Assembly: GCA_044869275.1 (NCBI GenBank)
Contig: JBIOXB010000138.1
Span: 1-22,509, forward strand
Direction of reading: 5' to 3'
Source of the DNA: a bacterium
Lineage (GTDB): Bacteria; Zhuqueibacterota; Zhuqueibacteria; Zhuqueibacterales; Zhuqueibacteraceae
DNA length: 22,509 nucleotides
Shown here: positions 1-5,648 of the stretch, piece by piece
How the letters are laid out: each line of letters begins with the position of its first letter
How positions within the stretch are numbered: position 1 is the first letter of the stretch
The notes under the pieces: model-generated
What the model was told of the DNA's origin: nothing
Seen by the model: the letters and a program-made list of their open reading frames with translations, nothing else
Databases searched by the model: none
Made by a program: the position numbers and the translations under genes

Positions 1-32
1 CCGTCTCCCTCTCACCCACCCTCCCTGTCCCC
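1..32. repeat. 8-nt-period pyrimidine-rich tandem repeat, probably the right arm of a periodic hairpin cut by the window edge
   Basis: Four units CCGTCTCC/CTCTCACC/CACCCTCC/CTGTCCCC, each starting with C and ending in CC. The layout matches the right arm of the element at 1683-1748. Confidence 0.5.
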
Positions 33-54
33 TTCTTTGATCAGGTAAAGGCAA

Positions 55-864
55 ATGCCAGACGCAGCAACTGAAACCAAACCAGCGCTCATCGACACTC
101 ACGCGCACTTGCAACTCGAGCATTTCGACGCCGACCGCGATGAAGTCATCCAGCGCGCGGCGGCCGCGGGTGTTGCGGCAATTATTTGCGTCTCGACCGA
201 TGTCTCTTCCAGCCGGCAAGCCATCGCTTTGGCGGAAAAATATCCGCGCCTTTTTGTCGCGGTTGGCATTCATCCGAATGATTGCGGCGCGGCGGGCGAC
301 AAAGATTTCGTCGAGATCGCCGAACTGGCGCGCCACGCCAAAGTCGTTGCGATTGGCGAAATCGGATTGGATTATTATTGGAAGCACGTCGATCCCGCCA
401 CGCAAGCGCGCACTTTTGTGAAACAACTGGACTTGGCGCAGAAGCTCGACAAGCCGGTGATCATTCACAATCGCGAAGCGGGAGAGGATATTTTGAAAAC
501 TTTGCATGCCGCCGGCATCGCCCAACTGCGCGGCGTGTTTCACTGCTTTTCCGAAAATGCCGAATATGCCGAGCGCGTGCTCGCGTTGGGCGGCCATATT
601 TCTTTCACCGGCAATTTGACTTATAAAAAGTCGCCTTTACCGGCGATTGCGGAAAAAATTCCAGGGGAGAGACTTTTGCTTGAAACCGATTGCCCCTTCA
701 TGGCGCCCATGCCGCATCGCGGTAAACGCAATGAACCCGCTTTTACGACGGCAATTGCGGAAAAACTCGCCGCCCTCAAAAACATGCCGGTTTCTCACGT
801 CTCGCGCTTCACGTCTCACAACGCCGCCCAACTTTTTGCCTTGCCCAACGGGCTATTGCCGTGA
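55..864 (+). CDS. tatD: TatD family metal-dependent DNase/hydrolase
   Basis: Motifs LIDTHAHL, GIHP, AIGEIGLDYY, IIHNREA, GVFHCFS and LLETDCPF. The stop overlaps the rsmA start (GTGA). Confidence 0.96.
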   Translation: MPDAATETKPALIDTHAHLQLEHFDADRDEVIQRAAAAGVAAIICVSTDVSSSRQAIALAEKYPRLFVAVGIHPNDCGAAGDKDFVEIAELARHAKVVAIGEIGLDYYWKHVDPATQARTFVKQLDLAQKLDKPVIIHNREAGEDILKTLHAAGIAQLRGVFHCFSENAEYAERVLALGGHISFTGNLTYKKSPLPAIAEKIPGERLLLETDCPFMAPMPHRGKRNEPAFTTAIAEKLAALKNMPVSHVSRFTSHNAAQLFALPNGLLP

Positions 865-1661
865 ACTGGCCTCTGGATTTTCTACCCAAAAAATCCCTGG
901 GGCAAAACTTTCTCATTGACGAAAACGTTTTACGCAAGATCGTGCGCGCGATTGATCCGCAGCGAGAGGATCATTTCGTGGAGATCGGCCCGGGCCTGGG
1001 CGCGCTGACGAAATATTTACTGGAAGCCGGGAGCCGCTGCCACGCGATCGAGATCGATCAGCGCTTGACCCCGCATTTGCAGAGTGAATTTGGCCATCAT
1101 CCTCAATTCACTTTCTTGCGCGCGGATTTTCGCGAAGTGGATTTGAAACAACTGGCGAAAGAGAAAAAATTGCGACTCGTGGGCAATATTCCTTATCATA
1201 TCACCAGCCACCTCGTGTTCACTGCTTTTGCGCAGCGCGAAGTTTTACAGGATATGTTTTTAACGGTGCAGCGCGAAGTTGCCGAACGCATTGTCGCCGT
1301 GCCCGGCGGGAAAGAATACGGCATCCTGTCCGTGGTGAGCCAGACTTTTGCGCGAACAGCATTGCTTTTCGTCATCTCCCCGCATGTGTTCCGGCCCAAA
1401 CCGGAAGTGGATTCCGCGGTCGTGTGCTGGCATTTTCAGGCGCCGCCGCTGCCCGTTCACGACGAAAGGTTTTATATCCAAATGATTAAAACCGTTTTCG
1501 GCCAGCGCCGCAAGACGCTGCGCCGCAGCTTGAGCAAATTGGCGAGTCCACAAGTTCTCGCAGCGATTGATTTTCTCGACCTGCAACGCCGCCCGGAAAC
1601 ACTGACCATCATTGAAATGATTCGGCTCTCTAATTTCTTGGGTCAGGCTGCACAAACGTGA
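861..1661 (+). CDS. rsmA: 16S rRNA m6,2A1518/1519 dimethyltransferase (KsgA)
   Basis: PKKSLGQNFL, SAM-binding EIGPGLGALT, GNIPYHIT, QREVAERI, F.PKPEVDSAVV and FGQRRKTL. Confidence 0.97.
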   Translation: MNWPLDFLPKKSLGQNFLIDENVLRKIVRAIDPQREDHFVEIGPGLGALTKYLLEAGSRCHAIEIDQRLTPHLQSEFGHHPQFTFLRADFREVDLKQLAKEKKLRLVGNIPYHITSHLVFTAFAQREVLQDMFLTVQREVAERIVAVPGGKEYGILSVVSQTFARTALLFVISPHVFRPKPEVDSAVVCWHFQAPPLPVHDERFYIQMIKTVFGQRRKTLRRSLSKLASPQVLAAIDFLDLQRRPETLTIIEMIRLSNFLGQAAQT

Positions 1662-1682
1662 AGTAACGAAACATAGCAGTCG

Positions 1683-1748
1683 TGGCATGCTGGAGGGATG
1701 GAGTATTGAAATCGCACAACTCCAATAATCCAACACTCCATCAATCCA
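1683..1748. repeat. 8-nt-periodic inverted repeat (imperfect hairpin) between rsmA and recO
   Basis: Left arm TGGCATGC TGGAGGGA TGGAGTAT TGAAATCG; right arm CAACTCCA ATAATCCA ACACTCCA TCAATCCA, with TCCA at 1721, 1729, 1737 and 1745. The approximate consensus units TGGAGTAT and ATACTCCA are reverse complements. Confidence 0.75.
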
Positions 1749-1771
1749 TCTTTTGCGCTCACTGGCACGTC

Positions 1772-2563
1772 ATGTCCATTGTCAAAGCCGAAGGCATCGT
1801 CATCCGCTCTATGAAGATGGGCGAGACCAGCAAACTCGTGACTTTGTTCACGCGCGAGTTGGGCATATTGAAAGTCGTGGCCAAGGGCTCGCGCGCCAGC
1901 AAAAGCCGGTTTGGCGCGGCGCTGGAAGTGCTCACCGTGGCGAGCATCGTCTATTACGAGAAAGAGAATCGCGAGCTGCAGTTTTTGAGCCAGGCGGATA
2001 TCGCTGAATATTTTTCTGCGCTTTGCACCGACCTGGAAAAATGGGGTCTCGCCAATGCTTGCTGCGAATTGATCATGCGCTCGCAAGCCGATGTCGAAGT
2101 CAAGCCCGCGCTCTATCCCGTTTTTTTGGAAACGCTGCGCGCAATGAACGCGCCGGAAGCCGACGGCCGTGCGTGCTTCTGGGGATTTCAAATGAAGCTG
2201 CTCGGCATTTTAGGTGTCGCGCCCAATTTGCGGCAATGCCAGGGCTGCGGCGCGAAAGAAATCGCGATGAAAGGTGAACAGGAGGAGATGCACTACGCGT
2301 TTGAGATCGCGCAGGGCGGCGTTATTTGCGGCAGATGTTCGTCGCGCGCAGCTGCGGTGCTTTTGGGCGGGGAAACCCATCGCCTGCTGATGAATTTTCA
2401 GACTTTGCCTGCCAGCAAACTCTCCCGCTACAAGATTTCATCTTTGGCGCGCCGCGAAATCGCGCAATTCTTTCGCGCTTATTTTGAGCATCATGCCGGA
2501 GAAATCGGGCGGCTGGCTTCACTCAAATTCGTGCAAGAGATACGAGGTAGAGATTTACCCTAA
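1772..2563 (+). CDS. recO: DNA repair protein RecO
   Basis: N-terminal OB-fold pattern (EGIVIRS...GETSKLVTLFTRELGILKVVAKGSR..KSRFGAALE) and a C4 zinc finger (CQGC...CGRC). I placed the start at ATG 1772 (MSIVK) because the upstream extension is only the translated repeat. Confidence 0.94.
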   Translation: MSIVKAEGIVIRSMKMGETSKLVTLFTRELGILKVVAKGSRASKSRFGAALEVLTVASIVYYEKENRELQFLSQADIAEYFSALCTDLEKWGLANACCELIMRSQADVEVKPALYPVFLETLRAMNAPEADGRACFWGFQMKLLGILGVAPNLRQCQGCGAKEIAMKGEQEEMHYAFEIAQGGVICGRCSSRAAAVLLGGETHRLLMNFQTLPASKLSRYKISSLARREIAQFFRAYFEHHAGEIGRLASLKFVQEIRGRDLP

Positions 2564-2589
2564 ATATGATTTTTGTTCATATGTCCCGC

Positions 2590-2608
2590 CAAGCCATAGC
2601 ATGGCTTG
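2590..2608. other. Perfect 8-bp hairpin downstream of recO
   Basis: CAAGCCAT-AGC-ATGGCTTG. No U-tract follows it, so it is not a classic intrinsic terminator. Confidence 0.5.
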
Positions 2609-2794
2609 ATGGTCAAACGGCTTTGTATTCAGGAGATTCTTATTTACTCTTATTGCTTCCCAATGTAAGCCAAGTTTTGCTAAACAATCGCCTAAACCAG
2701 CCACTTGAATGCGCTACCGTAACTGAAAATAGACACACACTTGAGCTCCCTAAAAATTGAGGAATTTGCTTTTTGAGCCAAAGTGAGTATATTT

Positions 2795-3040
2795 ATGTTA
2801 CCTGAATGGTGGGATTGGGAGCTTGAGCTCAGCGCGCACCTTGTGAAGCGGATGGTCGAACGTGACTTTACTGAGATTGATTTGCGCGTGATGTATGACA
2901 AAGCCAAGGATTATCGCAATGATTATGTTCCGGGACGTTGGATAATAGAAACAAAACATCGTCGCCAATCTTGGGAAATCATCGTTGAGCCGGATTATGA
3001 AGAACACAAAGTGGTGATTGTGACGGCTTATAAAGCTTGA
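2795..3040 (+). CDS. DUF4258-like small protein (putative RelE/BrnT-like toxin)
   Basis: 81 aa with SAHLVKRMVERDFTEIDL (H..RM.ER motif) and C-terminal VVIVTAY, typical of DUF4258. It lies directly upstream of a DUF2283-like gene. Start taken at ATG 2795 (GTG 2783 is an alternative). Confidence 0.78.
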   Translation: MLPEWWDWELELSAHLVKRMVERDFTEIDLRVMYDKAKDYRNDYVPGRWIIETKHRRQSWEIIVEPDYEEHKVVIVTAYKA

Positions 3041-3050
3041 GGCTCGTGTC

Positions 3051-3320
3051 ATGAATAATCGTTATCTTGAAATCACCTACCGCAAGGGAAAAATGGTCGC
3101 CGCCTACTTGTATCTCCCACGCAAACCCCGAGAAAAAGTCAAAAAGACTTCAAAACTCGCAGAAGGGATTTTGGTGGACTATGGAAAAGCGGGACGACCG
3201 ATCGGAATTGAAATTACTGCTCCCAAGCATTTCTCGCGAGAAGCCATTGATCAAGTTATAGCCGATTTGAAGTTGCCGCCCATTACGAATGAGGAGCTTG
3301 CTCCGCTTTCGGTTGCTTAA
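3051..3320 (+). CDS. DUF2283-like protein (putative antitoxin)
   Basis: 89 aa with AAYLYL...VKKTSKLAEGILVDYGKAGRPIGIEI, matching the DUF2283 pattern (Y..L...T......I.VD....G..IGIEI). It starts 10 nt after the DUF4258-like gene, with GAGG upstream. Confidence 0.82.
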   Translation: MNNRYLEITYRKGKMVAAYLYLPRKPREKVKKTSKLAEGILVDYGKAGRPIGIEITAPKHFSREAIDQVIADLKLPPITNEELAPLSVA

Positions 3321-3380
3321 ATTTTTTCTGTGCTCGGCTTGCGAATTTTACGAACTAACCATTCTAGAAATACGTATAGA

Positions 3381-3403
3381 AAGCCAAATTGGAAATTTGG
3401 CTT
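3381..3403. promoter_or_regulatory. Perfect 10-bp hairpin/inverted repeat upstream of glyQS
   Basis: AAGCCAAATT-GGA-AATTTGGCTT, ending 35 nt before the glyQS ATG. Function is not determined. Confidence 0.45.
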
Positions 3404-3437
3404 CGAAAATTCACCGCCATCTTGAACAGGAGCCCTC

Positions 3438-4790
3438 ATGCCCGAAATCAAAAACCTCATGGATAAACTGGTGTCGCTGTGCAAGCGCCGCGGTTTTATT
3501 TTTCCCTCCAGCGAAATTTACGGCGGCTTGAACAGTTGCTATGACTACGGCCCGCTGGGCGTCGAGCTGAAGCGCAATGTCAAAGACTTTTGGTGGAAAG
3601 CGATGGTGCAGACGCGCGACGACATCGAGGGCCTCGATGCCTCGATTCTCATGCATCCGCGCGTGTGGGAAGCCAGCGGCCACATTGCCAATTTCTCCGA
3701 TCCCATGGTGGATTGCAAAGAATGCAAGGCCCGCTTCCGCGCCGATCAAATCGAAAGTGCGATGTGCGCTTCGCCGGCTTACAAGGGCCGCAAAGCCGCG
3801 AAATGTGCCGAAGAAGGCAAATTCACCGAGGCGCGGCAGTTCAATCTCATGTTCAAAACCTTCATGGGACCGCTGGAAGAGGCGGCAAATGTCGTTTATA
3901 TGCGTCCCGAGACCGCCCAGGGCATTTACGTGAACGTCTACAACGTGATGCAAGCCTCGCGGCAGAAAATTCCGTTCGGTATCGCGCAGATCGGAAAGGC
4001 CTTTCGCAACGAGATCACGCCCGGCAATTTTACTTTCCGCACGCGCGAGTTCGAACAGATGGAGATGCAATTCTTCGTCAAGCCGGGCACGGACATGGAA
4101 TGGTTCGAATATTGGAAGGCGCAGCGCATCGCATGGTACGACGTCCTGGGTGTGCGGCGGGCCAAGCTGCAATTTCATCAACACGGCCCCACGGAATTGG
4201 CGCATTATGCCGCGGCCGCTTTCGACATCGAATACGAATTTCCCTTCGGCTGGAAGGAATTGGAAGGCATTCACAACCGCACGGATTTCGATCTCAAGCG
4301 CCACGCGGAATACAGCGGCAAAGATTTGCAGTATTTCGACGACGCCACGCGCGAGAAGTATGTTCCTTATATCATCGAAACTTCCGCCGGTTGCGATCGC
4401 ACGGTGTTGACGGCATTGATCGACGCGTATGACGAAGACACAGTAGAGGGCGAAACGCGCACCGTGCTGCACCTTGCGCCGGCCATCGCCCCGATCAAAG
4501 CCGGCGTGTTTCCCCTGGTGAAAAAAGAAGGCATGCCCGAAATGGCGGAAAAGATCTACCACGCTTTGAAAAAGCATTTCAACGTGTTTTATGACGACGG
4601 CGGCGCCATCGGCCGGCGCTATCGCCGCATGGACGAAGCCGGCACGCCGTATGGTGTCACCGTCGACGGCCAGTCGCTGCAAGATCAAACCGTCACTGTC
4701 CGCGACCGCGATTCGCTGGCGCAAGAGCGTGTGGCCGCGGACCAGCTCGCGGCGTTCATACAGGAGAAAATGTCGGGCTACAAAAGATAG
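3438..4790 (+). CDS. glyQS: Glycine--tRNA ligase, alpha2 homodimeric (eukaryote/archaea-like) type
   Basis: LCKRRGFIFPSSEIYGG, YDYGPLG, RPETAQG, class II motif 2 FRNEITP..F.FRTREFEQME, motif 3 IETSAGCDR and anticodon domain IGRRYRRMDEAGTPY. SD AGGAG upstream. Confidence 0.98.
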   Translation: MPEIKNLMDKLVSLCKRRGFIFPSSEIYGGLNSCYDYGPLGVELKRNVKDFWWKAMVQTRDDIEGLDASILMHPRVWEASGHIANFSDPMVDCKECKARFRADQIESAMCASPAYKGRKAAKCAEEGKFTEARQFNLMFKTFMGPLEEAANVVYMRPETAQGIYVNVYNVMQASRQKIPFGIAQIGKAFRNEITPGNFTFRTREFEQMEMQFFVKPGTDMEWFEYWKAQRIAWYDVLGVRRAKLQFHQHGPTELAHYAAAAFDIEYEFPFGWKELEGIHNRTDFDLKRHAEYSGKDLQYFDDATREKYVPYIIETSAGCDRTVLTALIDAYDEDTVEGETRTVLHLAPAIAPIKAGVFPLVKKEGMPEMAEKIYHALKKHFNVFYDDGGAIGRRYRRMDEAGTPYGVTVDGQSLQDQTVTVRDRDSLAQERVAADQLAAFIQEKMSGYKR

Positions 4791-4833
4791 GAGCACCTGA
4801 GTACTAGTAAATCGCCCATGGGGGAGGGATGCT

Positions 4834-5172
4834 ATGCCCATTCATCTCATTCGCACACCCGCCACTCCGGAGCAAATCGCCGATATGCTGCAAGCGTTCG
4901 GCGATTTTATCAAACTGGCAGTGGACGTTGAAAGAGAAATCCTGTCAGGTGGCGGCAGCTTGCATGCCGAATGCGAAACGGTCTTGTTGCAGGACGGCAG
5001 TAAACAGGTAAACATTTGGGGCGCGGATTGGATCCCGTTGAAATCTCAAATTGAATTCGAAGCGATGATCAATATTCGCCCTCATCAAGACAACCCTGCC
5101 ATGGTAATTCTCAATTCAGATATTCGTGAACAGGTTGAAAGAATTGCGCGACATTTGTTGGAGCAACCATGA
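4834..5172 (+). CDS. DUF5674-like protein
   Basis: 112 aa with IKLAVDVEREILSGGG.LHAECE..LL.DGS.Q.NIWGADW and IEFEAMINIRP.QDN, which I recognise as the DUF5674 pattern. GGGGAGG SD upstream. Confidence 0.8.
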   Translation: MPIHLIRTPATPEQIADMLQAFGDFIKLAVDVEREILSGGGSLHAECETVLLQDGSKQVNIWGADWIPLKSQIEFEAMINIRPHQDNPAMVILNSDIREQVERIARHLLEQP

Positions 5173-5543
5173 CTACTGAAGCGACTTCGAAGGAGCGCTA
5201 CTTGCAAGATGCCACACCGCTTCGTTTGGGGAATTTGGCTTCGAGCATCAAACGTCTGGGCCGCTTTGTCCTCAAAGAAGAATTTGAGAAAACGACGCAT
5301 CAACTTTTTCAAGAATGCCAATCCTTTTCCGCATGGGCTTTTCCCGAAGTTGATTTCGATACGCAGCTTGCGCTTGCAGATTTGCAAGCCCAAATGGCGA
5401 ATTGGGTGAGGGATTTTGACGACCGAAAAAACGAGAAAACCTGGTGCGTGGAGGTCAATATCGCCTGTGAAAAATGGTCGCAACGGCTGCTCGAGCTTTC
5501 CGGTTTGCTGCAACCGGGGGTGCAACGCCAGCAACAACCCTAA
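5169..5543 (+). CDS. Hypothetical alpha-helical protein coupled to the DUF5674-like gene
   Basis: 124 aa with an ATGA start/stop overlap at 5169-5172. Amphipathic helical pattern (ERYLQD..PLRLGNLASSIKRL ... LADLQAQMANW ... WSQRLLELSGLL). Confidence 0.75.
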   Translation: MTTEATSKERYLQDATPLRLGNLASSIKRLGRFVLKEEFEKTTHQLFQECQSFSAWAFPEVDFDTQLALADLQAQMANWVRDFDDRKNEKTWCVEVNIACEKWSQRLLELSGLLQPGVQRQQQP

Positions 5544-5552
5544 ACACAGATT

Positions 5553-5633
5553 CTCTTGAACACTTTTACTCATACTCCCGCTCTCCCCATTATACCGTAT
5601 GGCGAGTCAGGGCCGGAGAAAGAGCAAGAGCAT
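5553..5633. repeat. 6-nt-periodic inverted repeat (imperfect hairpin)
   Basis: Left arm CTTTTA CTCATA CTCCCG CTC (5563-5583), inner stem CCAT...ATGG, right arm GAGTCA GGGCCG GAGAAA GAGCAA GAGCAT (5604-5633). CTCTTG at 5553 also complements CAAGAG at 5625. Confidence 0.6.
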
Positions 5634-5648
5634 GCACGGAGGAATGCG

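Noticed and set aside
1682..1771. N-terminal extensions in the ORF track for recO (also the S9 peptidase, cupin, DUF1353, ABC-F and M28 genes)
   Set aside because: The extensions run through repeats, promoters or upstream genes. Downstream ATGs fit the family N-termini and, in several cases, SD sites.
2566..2760. 64-aa ORF after recO
   Set aside because: No SD, no recognisable motif and an AT-rich intergenic character. A decayed gene remnant cannot be excluded.
2766..2793. TTGCTT-16-TATATT promoter for the DUF4258 gene
   Set aside because: The -10 box ends 1 nt before the likely ATG (2795), so transcription would start inside the gene.
3321..3437. T-box riboswitch ahead of glyQS
   Set aside because: The gap is only 117 nt, with no GGTGGNACCGCG T-box sequence and no U-tailed terminator.
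3411..4841. 476-aa antisense ORF covering glyQS
   Set aside because: It mirrors a strongly codon-biased gene in register. Such stop-free antisense frames are common in GC-rich genes, and it has no recognisable motifs.
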